From an uncultured Anaerolineales bacterium (GTDB taxonomy: Bacteria; Chloroflexota; Anaerolineae; UBA7937; JACPPX01), in the NCBI GenBank assembly GCA_964348195.1, contig CAYGBX010000002.1:63586-127585 (forward strand): a DNA stretch of 64,000 nucleotides, in the 5' to 3' direction. The notes under the pieces are model-generated. The model ran no database searches. It was not told the origin of the DNA and saw only the letters and a list, made by a program, of their open reading frames with translations. Shown here piece by piece: positions 27,621-37,782 of the stretch. Within the stretch, counting starts at the first letter, position 1. Each line of letters begins with the position of its first letter. A program made the translations under genes and the position numbers.

Positions 27621-29165
27621 TTGCGCTTGAGCTTCGAGGTCGTCATTGGGATGGAGGCGCATGCCCAACTCTTGACGCAGAGCAAGATGTTCTGCGACTG
27701 CGCTGTCCCTTCGTTCGATGCCCGCCCCAACACCTTCACCTGTCCCGTGTGCCTGGGCCTGCCGGGATCCCTGCCCACCGTGAACCGGCGTGCCCTGGAG
27801 CTAGCGGGACTGGCGGCTCTGGCCCTGAACTGCCGGATCGGAGCCGATGTGAAGTTTGACCGGAAGAACTACCACTACCCCGACCTCCCCAAGGGATACC
27901 AGATATCCCAATACGACCTCCCGTTGGCAACGGATGGATGGCTGGATGTGGAGATCGGTGGCGACTTTCGTCGAATCCGCATCCGGAGGGTCCACCTGGA
28001 GGAGGACACAGCCAAGCTGTTTCACCGCGACGGGCGAGACGACGGGGGGCCTCCACGGAGCCTCCTGGACTTCAACCGATCGGGAGTTCCCCTGATCGAG
28101 GTTGTGACCGAGCCGGATCTCCGATCACCCGCCGAGACCCGAGCCTACGTGCAGAAACTTCGCCAGATCCTACGTTGGCTCGAGGTTTCCTCTGGCGACA
28201 TGGAGAAAGGGTCGATCCGGCTGGAACCCAACATATCGCTCCGCCCTGCAGGGTCGGAAGAGCTGGGGACCCGGACCGAGATCAAGAACCTCAACTCGTT
28301 CCGAACCCTGGAGCTGTTCCTCACCAAAGAGGCGGAGCGTCAGCGCCAGATCATTGAATCTGGGGCCCAGGTGGAGCAGGAGACGTTGGGATGGGATGAG
28401 ACGCAGGAGGAGATCCTCGTTCAACGGACCAAGGAGTTCCCCGACGACTACCGCTACTTCCCCGAGCCCGATCTGCCTCCGCTCGTCTTCCGTGAGGACT
28501 GGATCGAGAAGTTGCGGGGCCAGCTTCCGGAGCTCCCCAGCGTGATGCAGAGCCGTTTCGAGGAGGACTACGGGGTGTCCCGCCCGCAGGCGGCCGCACT
28601 GACGCAGGAACGGGCGGTGGGAGAGGCTTTCGAGGCCTACGCCGTCACCGTGGGAAACGCTGGGGGCGGGAGTCCCGCCGATCGCGTCCGGCTCCTGGTT
28701 GGCTGGATGGAGGCGGAGGTGTTCTCGAAGCTGAACGAGGGTTCCCTGCGGCCTGAGCACATCCTGGAAAGGTACCCAGTTGCTTTTGTGGCCGATCTCA
28801 TCCGGATGCTGGCAGAGGGTACGATCACCCGCAGCACGGCGACCGAACTGGGCGAGATATACCCCATGGATGCGCTGGAAACCCTGCCGCTTGAGAGATT
28901 TGTGGAGGAGCAGGGGCTGGCTCAGATCAAAGACGAGACGGCGTTGGATCGGATCGCCCAGCAGGTGATCCGAGAGCACCCCGAGCCGGTCTCCGACTAT
29001 CTGAAGGGAAAGGAAACGGCGCTGCGCTTTCTCATCGGCCAGATCATGAAGACCACGAGAGGTCAGGCCGACCCTCAGTTGGCCCGGGAATTGCTGGAGG
29101 AGCACCTTCGAGAATGGGGCCCGGAAGGGAGAGAACAGCAAGGAGAAGGATCAAGGAGGACCTGA
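27621..29165 (+). CDS. gatB: Asp/Glu-tRNA amidotransferase subunit B
   Basis: '[23 protein letters not shown]', '[12 protein letters not shown]', '[18 protein letters not shown]', 'VHLEEDTAK'. TTG start 4 nt after the aminotransferase stop. Confidence 0.95.
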   Translation: MRLSFEVVIGMEAHAQLLTQSKMFCDCAVPSFDARPNTFTCPVCLGLPGSLPTVNRRALELAGLAALALNCRIGADVKFDRKNYHYPDLPKGYQISQYDLPLATDGWLDVEIGGDFRRIRIRRVHLEEDTAKLFHRDGRDDGGPPRSLLDFNRSGVPLIEVVTEPDLRSPAETRAYVQKLRQILRWLEVSSGDMEKGSIRLEPNISLRPAGSEELGTRTEIKNLNSFRTLELFLTKEAERQRQIIESGAQVEQETLGWDETQEEILVQRTKEFPDDYRYFPEPDLPPLVFREDWIEKLRGQLPELPSVMQSRFEEDYGVSRPQAAALTQERAVGEAFEAYAVTVGNAGGGSPADRVRLLVGWMEAEVFSKLNEGSLRPEHILERYPVAFVADLIRMLAEGTITRSTATELGEIYPMDALETLPLERFVEEQGLAQIKDETALDRIAQQVIREHPEPVSDYLKGKETALRFLIGQIMKTTRGQADPQLARELLEEHLREWGPEGREQQGEGSRRT

Positions 29166-30415
29166 TGGAGGAGAAGTCCCCGTACGAGATCGCGGTTGAG
29201 CAGTTTGACAAGGCGATCGCCTACCTGCCGCACATCAAAGCGGGCATCCGTGACATGCTCCGGCTGCCCAAGCGAGAGCTCATTGTCAACTTCCCGGTCT
29301 ACATGGACGACGGGTCGGTGAAGATGTTCACAGGGTACCGGGTCCACCACAGCACGGTGCGGGGACCGACCAAAGGCGGAATTCGGTACCATCCCGATGT
29401 GACCCTCGAAGAAGTCCGGGCCCTGGCCATGTGGATGACCTGGAAGACGGCGGTAGTAAACATCCCCTACGGAGGGGCCAAGGGCGGCGTGATCTGCAAC
29501 CCCAAGGAGATGTCTTTGCAGGAGCTGGAGAACCTGACCCGACGCTACGCTTCTGAGATCTCCGTGCTGATGAGTCCGGAGGGAGACATCCCGGCGCCCG
29601 ACGTGAACACCAACCCCCAGGTGATGGCCTGGATCATGGACACCTACAGCATGCACCGGGGGTACTCCATCCCGGCGGTCGTGACCGGGAAGCCGGTCCA
29701 GATCGGGGGCTCGGCGGGGCGGCTGGAGGCCACGGCACGCGGGCTCCAGTTCACCACTCGGCGCGCCGCACGGCACTTGGGCATCGATCTGGAGGGGGCT
29801 ACGGTCGCCGTCCAAGGATACGGGAACGCTGGAAGCATCGCCGCCCGGCTCCTTCATGAGGACGGTGCCAAGATCATCGCCGTAAGCGACTCCCGAGGGG
29901 GAATCCTCAACCCCGATGGACTGGACCCGGTCCGCGTGTTGAACCACAAGGCGGAGTCGGGGTCGGTCGTGGAGTATCCAGGTGCCGATGCGGTCTCGAA
30001 CGAAGAGCTGTTGGAGCTGGAGTGCGACATCCTGATCCCGGCTGCGCTAGAGCGCCAGATCACCGCCGACAACGCCCCGCGGGTTCAAACGAAGATCATC
30101 GCCGAGGCGGCAAACGGTCCGACTGAGCCGGAAGCCGATGAGATTCTATTCGATCGCGGGACCTTCGTGATCCCTGACATCCTCTGCAACGCGGGTGGCG
30201 TCACAGTCTCGTACTTCGAGTGGGTGCAGGGGCTGCAGGCGTTCTTCTGGACCGAAGAAGAGGTGAACGCCAAGCTGGAACGGATCATGGACGGCGCCTT
30301 CGACGGGGTGCTGGCCGTGTCTCAGGAGAAAGAGGTGGAGATGCGGACGGCCGCATACATTGTGGCTATCGATCGGGTCAATGAGGCGACGATGATCCGC
30401 GGGATCTACCCCTAG
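29165..30415 (+). CDS. gdh: Glutamate dehydrogenase (Glu/Leu/Phe/Val dehydrogenase family)
   Basis: '[19 protein letters not shown]', '[18 protein letters not shown]', 'VQGYGNAG'. ATG 29165 overlaps the gatB stop by 1 nt. Confidence 0.93.
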   Translation: MEEKSPYEIAVEQFDKAIAYLPHIKAGIRDMLRLPKRELIVNFPVYMDDGSVKMFTGYRVHHSTVRGPTKGGIRYHPDVTLEEVRALAMWMTWKTAVVNIPYGGAKGGVICNPKEMSLQELENLTRRYASEISVLMSPEGDIPAPDVNTNPQVMAWIMDTYSMHRGYSIPAVVTGKPVQIGGSAGRLEATARGLQFTTRRAARHLGIDLEGATVAVQGYGNAGSIAARLLHEDGAKIIAVSDSRGGILNPDGLDPVRVLNHKAESGSVVEYPGADAVSNEELLELECDILIPAALERQITADNAPRVQTKIIAEAANGPTEPEADEILFDRGTFVIPDILCNAGGVTVSYFEWVQGLQAFFWTEEEVNAKLERIMDGAFDGVLAVSQEKEVEMRTAAYIVAIDRVNEATMIRGIYP

Positions 30416-30439
30416 ATCGCCAGCGGGCGAAAAGGAGAA

Positions 30440-30459
30440 GCGCCGCCCTGGGGCGGCGC
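30440..30459. terminator. Hairpin gcgccgcc-ctgg-ggcggcgc between convergent gdh and carD
   Basis: Perfect 8-bp GC stem. On the minus strand it is followed by CTTCTCCTTTT, which fits a carD terminator. Confidence 0.6.
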
Positions 30460-30483
30460 GCTGGGGCGCTGGCTCAGGGGTCG

Positions 30484-31002
30484 CTAGCTTCTCTTCTCCC
30501 AGGCTTCCCGCCGTTCCTGGACTCGCGCATCCACCTCATCCCTAGCCTGCTCGATCTGGATCCCCCGCGCCGCGGAATGCATGGCGGCCAGTCGGCCCTG
30601 CGCTTCCTCCAGGAAGCTCCTATCGCGGGCCGTGAGGCCCTTTCGGGTGTCCCTGAAGGCTAGATCGCGGACCAGGCTGCCGAGACGCACGGTGCCCCCT
30701 TCTCGGATGCGCTCGCGAATCTTTCGCGCCCTCGCCTGAGGGTGGTCATCGAGCTGTCGCGGTCGACCTGACAGGAGCCGTTTGACCGAAGGGAACTTGG
30801 ACTTGGATGGGATCTTCTGCAGACCGACCTCCTCAGCGCCCTCCACCGGGGTCTCGAGCTGGGTGCTCTTGGGCCGATCTAGAAGCTGGATGATGTAGTA
30901 CTCTTGAATCTTGCCGTCCTGGCGCCGCCGCTTCACCTGCTGCACGATCCCCACTCCGTTGATGGGGTGGTAGATTGCGTCTCCTTTCTTGAACTTGGCC
31001 AC
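30484..31002 (-). CDS. carD: CarD/CdnL family RNA polymerase-binding transcription factor
   Basis: 'FKKGDAIYHPINGVGIVQQV...EYYIIQL'. GTG start with GGAGG 6 nt upstream. Confidence 0.85.
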   Translation of the reverse strand: MAKFKKGDAIYHPINGVGIVQQVKRRRQDGKIQEYYIIQLLDRPKSTQLETPVEGAEEVGLQKIPSKSKFPSVKRLLSGRPRQLDDHPQARARKIRERIREGGTVRLGSLVRDLAFRDTRKGLTARDRSFLEEAQGRLAAMHSAARGIQIEQARDEVDARVQERREAWEKRS

Positions 31003-31108
31003 TGCCTACCTCCGAGCGCTCGGCCACTCTGGGTCGGGCCATCCTATACATAACGGTGACCGGAGTCAAATGTGGCTCTTCATGCAGAGGAGTGTGGCGG
31101 CCAAGGGT

Positions 31109-31137
31109 TTGACCGGGCCGCTGCTTGATCCTATAGT
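31109..31137 (+). promoter_or_regulatory. Candidate promoter TTGACC-17-TATAGT upstream of def
   Basis: Hexamers at 31109-14 and 31132-37. Confidence 0.55.
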
Positions 31138-31179
31138 AGTCGCGAGGCGGCCTCGGGCGCCTCTTCTTGGTGCCCATCG

Positions 31180-31761
31180 ATGGCGAAAAGATCCATTCTG
31201 AGAGCTGGTAGCCCCGTTCTCCGGCAGAAAGCCCGCAGGGTGAAGAGCTTCGACGACTCCTTGCGGGCGCTGGTTCGAGACATGACGGAGACTATGCGAG
31301 ATGCTCCTGGGATTGGACTGGCGGCGCCTCAGATCGGGGTCCCTCTGCGCGTGTTTGTGGCACAGCTCCGCCCGGAGCGCGAGGGGACCCGGGAGGAGAA
31401 GGGCGACGTGCCGACCGGCCGGCGTCGGGCTCGGAAGCTCCGACGGAACGCGACTGGCGATCCGGACACGCTCTATGTCGTGTGCAATCCAGAGATCGTG
31501 AAGGTCTGGGGTGAGGAGGAAGATGTAGAGGGATGTCTGTCCCTGCCCGGGTACGTGGGCGAGGTGCCGCGGGCCACACGCGTGCTCGTCAAAGGTCGGG
31601 ACGCCAATGGGAAGAGGATCCGGGTGCGCGCCAATGGGCTCTTGGCGCGGGTCTTCCAGCACGAGATTGACCATCTCCAAGGGCTCATGTTCACGGATCG
31701 CCTAGAGAGCATGGAGAAGCTCCGGAGGCTGGAGCCTGCGGAGGAGGAGTCCGCGACCTAG
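31180..31761 (+). CDS. def: Peptide deformylase, with a ~35-aa basic insertion
   Basis: Motifs 'GIGLAAPQIG', 'EGCLSLPG', 'HEIDHLQG'. The insertion 'LRPEREGTREEKGDVPTGRRRARKLRRNATGDPD' lies between motifs 1 and 2. Confidence 0.92.
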   Translation: MAKRSILRAGSPVLRQKARRVKSFDDSLRALVRDMTETMRDAPGIGLAAPQIGVPLRVFVAQLRPEREGTREEKGDVPTGRRRARKLRRNATGDPDTLYVVCNPEIVKVWGEEEDVEGCLSLPGYVGEVPRATRVLVKGRDANGKRIRVRANGLLARVFQHEIDHLQGLMFTDRLESMEKLRRLEPAEEESAT

Positions 31762-31779
31762 CCGATCTCACAGGTCGGA

Positions 31780-31811
31780 GAAGGCGCCCTCCCCGATGCG
31801 AGGGCGCCTTC
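31780..31811. terminator. Hairpin gaaggcgccctc-N8-gagggcgccttc between convergent def and the AI-2E transporter gene
   Basis: Perfect 12-bp stem abutting the minus-strand stop codon at 31812. Confidence 0.65.
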
Positions 31812-32990
31812 CTATGTGGTTGGTTCCGTAGTGCTCTGTGAGTCGGACTCCGCGGGAGCCGCCTCATGGGCCTCTGCGGCCGCAGGAGCGAGGGGAGAGT
31901 CGACCGGGATGCCCAAGACCCTGGGGGAGAGGTACCTGGCGAGGATTCGAAGGCTCCCAAGGACCGGGGCTACTAGGAAGACCCCGACGAGCCCAGCGAT
32001 GCTCGCCCCCGCGATGGCTCCCACCAGGATCACGATGGGGTGGAGGTTGACGCTCCGTCCCATGATCCGGGGTACCAGATAGTTGTTCTCTACCTGTTGG
32101 ATGAGGATGTAGAGCGAAGTGACCAAGAGCGCGAACCAGGTGTTGCTGATCGGGAGATGGAGCGAACCCTGGAAGAAGGCCAGCGTGATCCCCGGAATCG
32201 CCGCCAGAACCGGTCCGATTGTGGGGAGGATCTCCAGAATCCCCGCCAGCACAGCCAGCACCAGCGCATTGGGAACCCCGACCAGCCAGGTGGAGACACC
32301 GACGGCAGTGCCCACGACGAGGGAGAGGAGGAGCTGCCCTCGAAGAAAGGCATTCCAGATCTGGCTGATTTCCATTCGCACCGCAGCCAGATCCTCGCGG
32401 TACGGGGGCGGGGGGAGTCGGTCGAGGTAGGTCCCGATCCGGTCAAAATCCTTCAACATGTAGAACGATATGATGAGGACGAATATGAGCCACAGCAGTC
32501 CCGAGACGGCCCCCGACAGGAGGGTCGCCGAGCGGCGCACCAGGGAGCCCACCACAGTCGTCACTTCCTGCTGCAGGTCCTCGTAGAAGCTGCTCACCTG
32601 GATGGTGATGCCGGCCACCTCCACCGTCTCATATCTCTCCACCAGCGCACGGAGGTCATCGAAGATGGCTTGGACATCCAGGTCCAAGTCGCCAATCTGG
32701 CTGGCCAGCATCGGGATCAGCCCTGCTGGAATTAGGAAGAGCGCCAGCACAAGCACCAGGTACACAGTGACGGTCGCGCCGGTGCGGGAGATCTTCACCG
32801 ACCGCATCAGGAATTCCACGGCTGGGTTCAGGACGTAGGCGAGCAATGCGGCCATAGCCACCGGGGCGAGGAGGGGCGCCAATCTCGCCGCGAGGAACAG
32901 CCCTGCCAGAAGCGCAGCGATCAGGATGGCGGCCCGTGTGCCCGGCATCAGGGCCGGCGGGGGCTGGGAAGAGCTTTGCCGTTTAGCCAT
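31812..32990 (-). CDS. AI-2E family transporter (UPF0118/PerM-like permease)
   Basis: Polytopic protein with the family-typical 'LLSLVVG', 'ILEILPTIGPVLAAIP' and 'ENNYLVPRIMG' segments. Confidence 0.8.
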   Translation of the reverse strand: MAKRQSSSQPPPALMPGTRAAILIAALLAGLFLAARLAPLLAPVAMAALLAYVLNPAVEFLMRSVKISRTGATVTVYLVLVLALFLIPAGLIPMLASQIGDLDLDVQAIFDDLRALVERYETVEVAGITIQVSSFYEDLQQEVTTVVGSLVRRSATLLSGAVSGLLWLIFVLIISFYMLKDFDRIGTYLDRLPPPPYREDLAAVRMEISQIWNAFLRGQLLLSLVVGTAVGVSTWLVGVPNALVLAVLAGILEILPTIGPVLAAIPGITLAFFQGSLHLPISNTWFALLVTSLYILIQQVENNYLVPRIMGRSVNLHPIVILVGAIAGASIAGLVGVFLVAPVLGSLRILARYLSPRVLGIPVDSPLAPAAAEAHEAAPAESDSQSTTEPTT

Positions 32991-33133
32991 GTTGACCGGT
33001 TGAGCTACCCCCGGATGATCCCACGAGACGCAAGGAAGGGCGCGGATTGAAAGTCGCGCCCCTCACAGAGAACCCAGCCACGGTTCGCGCTAGAGCCCGG
33101 TCCAGAGAGTGGGACGGGGTGTCGCGCGCCGGC

Positions 33134-35332
33134 CTATGATCCGTTCCCTCGGCGAGGGGGACGGGCGCGAGGTGCGCGGGGTCGAGGCCCTCGGGAGCGA
33201 GTCCGTGGGCCGCGGCGCGCGGCAGGCTTGCGGTCCCTGCTCCGGGCCTCCTCCGCAGTCCATCCCTCCAGGACGGCCTGACGCGACAGTCGAATCTTGC
33301 CGGCATCATCGATGTCGATGACCATGACCATGATCTCGTCGCCGACCTTCACGACGTCCTCCACTGAAGGCACCCGGTAGTCGGCCAGCTGGGAGATGTG
33401 GACCAATCCGTCCTGCCCGGGGAGGATCTCGACGAAAGCCCCGAAATCCGTGGTGCGCCTCACCACACCGGTGTAGGTCTTGCCGACCTCGGGCTCCTCG
33501 GTGAGGGCCTGGACCATCTCTATGGCGCGTTGGCTGGAAGGACCATCGGCTGAAGCGATGAAGACCGACCCGTCGTCCTCTACATCGATCTTGACGCCTG
33601 TTTCGGAGATGATGCTGCGGATGGTCTTGCCCCCCGGACCGATCACGGATCCGATCTTCTCGGGAGAGACCTTCAGGATCGTGATGCGCGGCGCGAAGGG
33701 AGAGAGCTCGGGACGAGGTGCCTCGATGGCCTGGGACATAGAATCCAGGATCTGGAGCCGCGCGAGGCGAGCCTGCTCCAGGGCCTCCTCCAAAATTCGG
33801 TTGTCGAGTCCGGCGATCTTGACGTCCAGCTGGAGGGCGGTGATGCCCTGGCGGGTCCCGGCTACCTTGAAGTCCATGTCTCCCAAGTGATCTTCCATGC
33901 CGGCGATGTCCGTGAGGACGGAGTGCCGCGCGCCATCTTGCACCAGTCCCATAGCAATGCCGGCCACCGGTGACGCGATGGGGACCCCGGCGTCCATCAA
34001 GGCCAGGGTGCTGGCGCAGACGCTCGCCATGGAGGTTGAGCCGTTCGAGGAGAGAACCTCCGAGACGAGCCGTATCGTGTACGGGAACTTCTCCTCTTCG
34101 GGGATGACCACGCTCAGCGCGCCCTCGGCGAGGGCGCCGTGGCCGATCTCGCGGCGCTTGGGCCCGCGCAGGAACCACGTCTCGCCGGTGCTGTAGGGCG
34201 GGAAATTGTAGTGATGCATGAACCGCTTGGACTCGAGCGGGGTGAGTCCATCGATCCGCTGCTCATCCGATCGGGTTCCCAGTGTGGCGATAGTAAGCAC
34301 CTGGGTCTCTCCCCGACTGAACAGGCCGGAGCCGTGTGTTCGGGGCAGGAAGCCGACCTGCGCAGCCAGTGAGCGGATCTCGTCCGGGCGGCGTCCATCG
34401 GGGCGACGTCCTTGGTCCAAGACAAGGCTTCTCGCTTCCTTCTTGATGGCCTGCTCGAAGGCGTCGGCCCAATTGGTGTCGGGATCTTCCTGAGACAGCG
34501 ACGCCACGACCTCCTCGCGCAACTGGTCCAGAGCGGACTCACGATCGTCCTTGGTGGGGACTTCGCTCAGAGCGCGGACTCCTCCACTGTCCATTCGAGA
34601 CTGAACCGTCTCCACGGCCTCCTCTGGCACCGCCTGGACGGGAAACGCAGTCTTGGGCTTCCCGATCTCCCCACGCATCTGCTCCTGGATAGCGATCGTA
34701 TCCTGGATGGCCTCGTGACCGCCCCTGATCGCGCCCAGAATCTGGGCCTCTCCTACCTGGTCGGCCTTCGCCTCCACCATGAGCACCCTGTCCCGAGTGC
34801 CCGCGAGCCTCAGGTCGAGGGAACTCTGCTCCATCTGGGCGGCGGTGGGGTTGAAAACGAAGGCGCCGTCGACCATGCCGACCCGGACCGCTCCGATGGG
34901 GCCATCCCACGGGATGTTGGAGATGGTGAGCGCAGCCGAGGCGCCGATGAGAGCCAGAATGTCCAGGTAGGTCTCCTGGTCGGCGGAAAGAGCCGTGATG
35001 ATGACCTGGACTTCGTGGCGCATTCCCTGGTGGAAGAGGGGGCGAAGGGGTCGATCGGTGAGCCGACACAGGAGAATGGCCTGCTCCGAAGGACGCCCTT
35101 CCCGCTTGAAGAAGCCGCCAGGGATCTTTCCGGCGGCATACAATCGCTCTTCGTAGTCCACGGTGAGGGGGAAGAAATCGATTCCCTCCCGCGGCTTCTT
35201 GGAGGCGGTCGCCGTGGCCAGGACGACCGTATCAGAAGAGCGCACCGTAACGGCGCCGCCCGCCTGTCCGGCCAGGGTACCCGTCTCCAGGCGAACCAGG
35301 TGTTCGCCGATCTTGGCTTCGTAAGCTTTCAT
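33134..35332 (-). CDS. pnp: Polyribonucleotide nucleotidyltransferase (PNPase) with an Arg/Pro-rich C-terminal tail
   Basis: Two RNase PH domains, KH ('[14 protein letters not shown]') and S1 ('[33 protein letters not shown]'). Start at 'MKAYEAK' (35332). Confidence 0.95.
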   Translation of the reverse strand: MKAYEAKIGEHLVRLETGTLAGQAGGAVTVRSSDTVVLATATASKKPREGIDFFPLTVDYEERLYAAGKIPGGFFKREGRPSEQAILLCRLTDRPLRPLFHQGMRHEVQVIITALSADQETYLDILALIGASAALTISNIPWDGPIGAVRVGMVDGAFVFNPTAAQMEQSSLDLRLAGTRDRVLMVEAKADQVGEAQILGAIRGGHEAIQDTIAIQEQMRGEIGKPKTAFPVQAVPEEAVETVQSRMDSGGVRALSEVPTKDDRESALDQLREEVVASLSQEDPDTNWADAFEQAIKKEARSLVLDQGRRPDGRRPDEIRSLAAQVGFLPRTHGSGLFSRGETQVLTIATLGTRSDEQRIDGLTPLESKRFMHHYNFPPYSTGETWFLRGPKRREIGHGALAEGALSVVIPEEEKFPYTIRLVSEVLSSNGSTSMASVCASTLALMDAGVPIASPVAGIAMGLVQDGARHSVLTDIAGMEDHLGDMDFKVAGTRQGITALQLDVKIAGLDNRILEEALEQARLARLQILDSMSQAIEAPRPELSPFAPRITILKVSPEKIGSVIGPGGKTIRSIISETGVKIDVEDDGSVFIASADGPSSQRAIEMVQALTEEPEVGKTYTGVVRRTTDFGAFVEILPGQDGLVHISQLADYRVPSVEDVVKVGDEIMVMVIDIDDAGKIRLSRQAVLEGWTAEEARSRDRKPAARRGPRTRSRGPRPRAPRARPPRRGNGS

Positions 35333-35338
35333 AGAAAA

Positions 35339-35365
35339 CCTCCAGGCCCCTGCCGGGCCTGGAGG
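35339..35365 (-). promoter_or_regulatory. Perfect 11-bp hairpin sequestering the pnp Shine-Dalgarno sequence
   Basis: Minus-strand RNA: CCUCCAGGCCC-GGCAG-GGGCCUGGAGG-UUUUCU-AUG. The GGAGG of the 3' arm is the only SD for pnp. Confidence 0.6.
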
Positions 35366-35452
35366 TCGAGGACTGGGGACTGGGTCCCAGCCTTGGGGCT
35401 CAGTCCCCATTCCTGGACCGCTGAGCCCATGCAGGGATGCTGTTCAATCGTC

Positions 35453-35472
35453 GGCCCGCCTGATGGCGGGCC
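35453..35472 (-). terminator. rpsO-proximal hairpin ggcccgcc-N4-ggcgggcc (terminator or processing site)
   Basis: 8-bp GC stem 13 nt downstream of the rpsO stop. Weak U-tract. Confidence 0.45.
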
Positions 35473-35484
35473 GCCCAAACTCAA

Positions 35485-35751
35485 TTAACGAATAGAGAGC
35501 CTGTCCTTGATGGCTAGGTGGCGATCTTGGTCCCGATTGTTGAGATAGGCCAAGTGACGTCGCCGCTGCCCCACCAGCTTCAGGAGCCCTAGACGCGAGT
35601 GGTGATCGTGCTGATGGGTCTTCAGATGGTCCACCAACTGGTTGATGCGGGTGGTCAGAAGGGCGATCTGCACCTCCGGCGAGCCGGTGTCGGAAGAATG
35701 GAGTCTGTAGGACTCGATGATCTCGCGCTTCTCTTCGTTGCTCAACGCCAT
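35485..35751 (-). CDS. rpsO: 30S ribosomal protein S15
   Basis: '[48 protein letters not shown]'. Confidence 0.97.
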   Translation of the reverse strand: MALSNEEKREIIESYRLHSSDTGSPEVQIALLTTRINQLVDHLKTHQHDHHSRLGLLKLVGQRRRHLAYLNNRDQDRHLAIKDRLSIR

Positions 35752-35777
35752 CTTGGATGAACTCTCAGACGGCGCGG

Positions 35778-35786
35778 ATTATAGCA
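35778..35786 (-). promoter_or_regulatory. Extended -10 box TGcTATAAT upstream of rpsO
   Basis: The minus strand reads GGTGTGCTATAAT, about 27 nt upstream of the rpsO ATG. Confidence 0.5.
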
Positions 35787-35839
35787 CACCGCTCCCGTGG
35801 GCCGCAACCTGCCTCGCCGATCGGCCGGATGGAATGCCC

Positions 35840-36811
35840 TCAGCGGAGCCGGGGATCGAGGGCGTCCCTCAGCCCGTCGCCCAGGAGGTTGAATCCCAGG
35901 ACCAAGAACATGATCGAGACGCCAGGGAAGAAGACCATCCAGGGCGAGGTGAAGATATGGCTCTTGTTCCGGCTGAGCAGGAGACCCCATTCGGGGGTGG
36001 GGGGCTGGGCTCCGAGTCCCAGGAAGCCGAGGCCGGCTGCGTCCAGGATGGCGGTGGCGATGCCCAACGACGCCGCCACGATGATGGGCGAGAGAGCGTT
36101 GGGCACGATGTGTCGCCAGAGGATGCGACCGGAGCTGGCTCCCACCGAACGGGCGGCAGTCACGTAGTCGCGGCCCACTTCCCCCAGGACCGTGGCGCGG
36201 GTGATGCGGGCGAAGGTAGGGATGGAGACAATGCCCACCGCGACCATGGCGTTGGTGAGTCCGGGGCCGATCACCACCACGATGGCCAGAGCCAGGAGAA
36301 TGGTGGGGAAGGCCAGCATCACGTCCATCGCCCTCATGATCAGGCTGTCGAGGAAGCCTCCGGCGTATCCGGCGATAGCGCCCAGCGAGGCGCCGACCAC
36401 GATGGCCAATCCCACGGCGAACACCCCCACGCGGATCGAGATGCGGGAGCCGTAGATGATCAGGCTTAGGAGGTCCCGGCCCAGAGCGTCGGTGCCCATC
36501 GGATGCTCAAGGGACGGGGCCAGCTTGTTCTCGCGAGGGAAGGCCTGGAAGATGCCGTTCTCGTCTGGGTCCTGTTGCGCCAGGAGCGGGGCGAACAGGG
36601 CCGCGATCAGGATCAGACCGATCATGGCCATGCCAGCCAGGGCCAGCTTGTTGCGCAGCAACCTCTGGAGAACCTCCATCCACGGAGAGCGGGTTCTCCT
36701 CGGACGCCAAGTCTCCTCCGCCGAAACGCCGACGGATCGGATGTCGGACATTGTCTCTTGCGCTTCCTGGCCGGCCATGGCTACTGATATCGGATTCGAG
36801 GATTGAACCAA
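35840..36811 (-). CDS. ABC transporter permease (peptide/nickel type, DppC/OppC-like)
   Basis: Six predicted TM segments and an EAA-like loop 'ARSVGASSGRILWRHIVPN'. Confidence 0.85.
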   Translation of the reverse strand: MVQSSNPISVAMAGQEAQETMSDIRSVGVSAEETWRPRRTRSPWMEVLQRLLRNKLALAGMAMIGLILIAALFAPLLAQQDPDENGIFQAFPRENKLAPSLEHPMGTDALGRDLLSLIIYGSRISIRVGVFAVGLAIVVGASLGAIAGYAGGFLDSLIMRAMDVMLAFPTILLALAIVVVIGPGLTNAMVAVGIVSIPTFARITRATVLGEVGRDYVTAARSVGASSGRILWRHIVPNALSPIIVAASLGIATAILDAAGLGFLGLGAQPPTPEWGLLLSRNKSHIFTSPWMVFFPGVSIMFLVLGFNLLGDGLRDALDPRLR

Positions 36812-37782
36812 GCGTAGGAGAGATCCACGAGGAGGTTGACGAAGACGAAGATCAGGGCGAAGACCAAGACACCTGCCTGAACCACCGGGAAGTTGCGGCC
36901 CACTATGGCGTTGACGATCCAGCGGCCCATGCCGGGCCAGGCGAAGATGGTCTCAGTGAGGATGGCTCCCGCCAGCAGCAGTCCGGTTTGCAGCCCGATC
37001 ACCGTGATCACCGGAAGCATGGCGTTCTTCAGGGCGTGGCGAGCCACCACCAGCCGGTCGCGCAATCCTTTGGCGCGGGCCGTGCGGATGTACTCCTCTC
37101 CCATGACATCGAGCATCGCCGAGCGGGTGATCCGAGCGATGAAGGCTGTGGGGATGGTGGCCAGGGCGATGGCGGGGAGAGCCAGGTGGTGCAGAGCGCT
37201 GACCAAGGCTTGGGGATTCGCAGTGAGGATGCTGTCCACCACATAGAGATTGGTGATGGTCCTAAGCTCGACCTCGGTTCCGATGCGGCCCGTCGTAGGA
37301 AACCAGCTCAATTTGAGCCCGAAGACCCACAGAAGCATCAGTCCCAACCAGAAGATGGGCATCGACACCCCAACCAGGGCGCCGACGGTCGTGGTGAGAT
37401 CCACCGCGGTGTTGTGCTTGTACCCGGCCAGAGCCCCCAGGGGGATGCCGGCAATCACCGCGAGGATCATGGCGGCCAGGGCCAGCTCGATGGTGGCGGG
37501 GAAGAAGAGCCTCAACTCGTTGGCTACGGGGCTGCGGGTGAGGATCGAGTTTCCCAGATCGCCCTGTACCGTGCGCAAGACGAAGCGACCGTATTGCACG
37601 GGCAGCGGATCGTCCAGGCCCAGCCGCTCCCGCAGCGCCTCCTGCATCTCGGGTGTGGCGTGCTGCCCAGCCAGCGCATACGTCGGATCCCCGGTCATGA
37701 GGAGCATAGCGTAGGCAAAGAACGTCACTCCTATGAGGACCGGGATCATCAGGACCAGACGTCGCAGGATGTACTGCCCCAT
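36781..37782 (-). CDS. ABC transporter permease (DppB/OppB-like)
   Basis: 'MGQYILRRLVLMIPVLIGVTFF', 'EEYIRTARAKGL', 'ALKNAMLPVITV'. Confidence 0.88.
   Translation of the reverse strand: MGQYILRRLVLMIPVLIGVTFFAYAMLLMTGDPTYALAGQHATPEMQEALRERLGLDDPLPVQYGRFVLRTVQGDLGNSILTRSPVANELRLFFPATIELALAAMILAVIAGIPLGALAGYKHNTAVDLTTTVGALVGVSMPIFWLGLMLLWVFGLKLSWFPTTGRIGTEVELRTITNLYVVDSILTANPQALVSALHHLALPAIALATIPTAFIARITRSAMLDVMGEEYIRTARAKGLRDRLVVARHALKNAMLPVITVIGLQTGLLLAGAILTETIFAWPGMGRWIVNAIVGRNFPVVQAGVLVFALIFVFVNLLVDLSYAWFNPRIRYQ

Noticed and set aside
26649-29141. 339-aa and 323-aa ORFs antisense to the aminotransferase and gatB
   Set aside because: Both are opposite well-supported genes, and their translations are Arg/Pro/Gly/His-rich without motifs.
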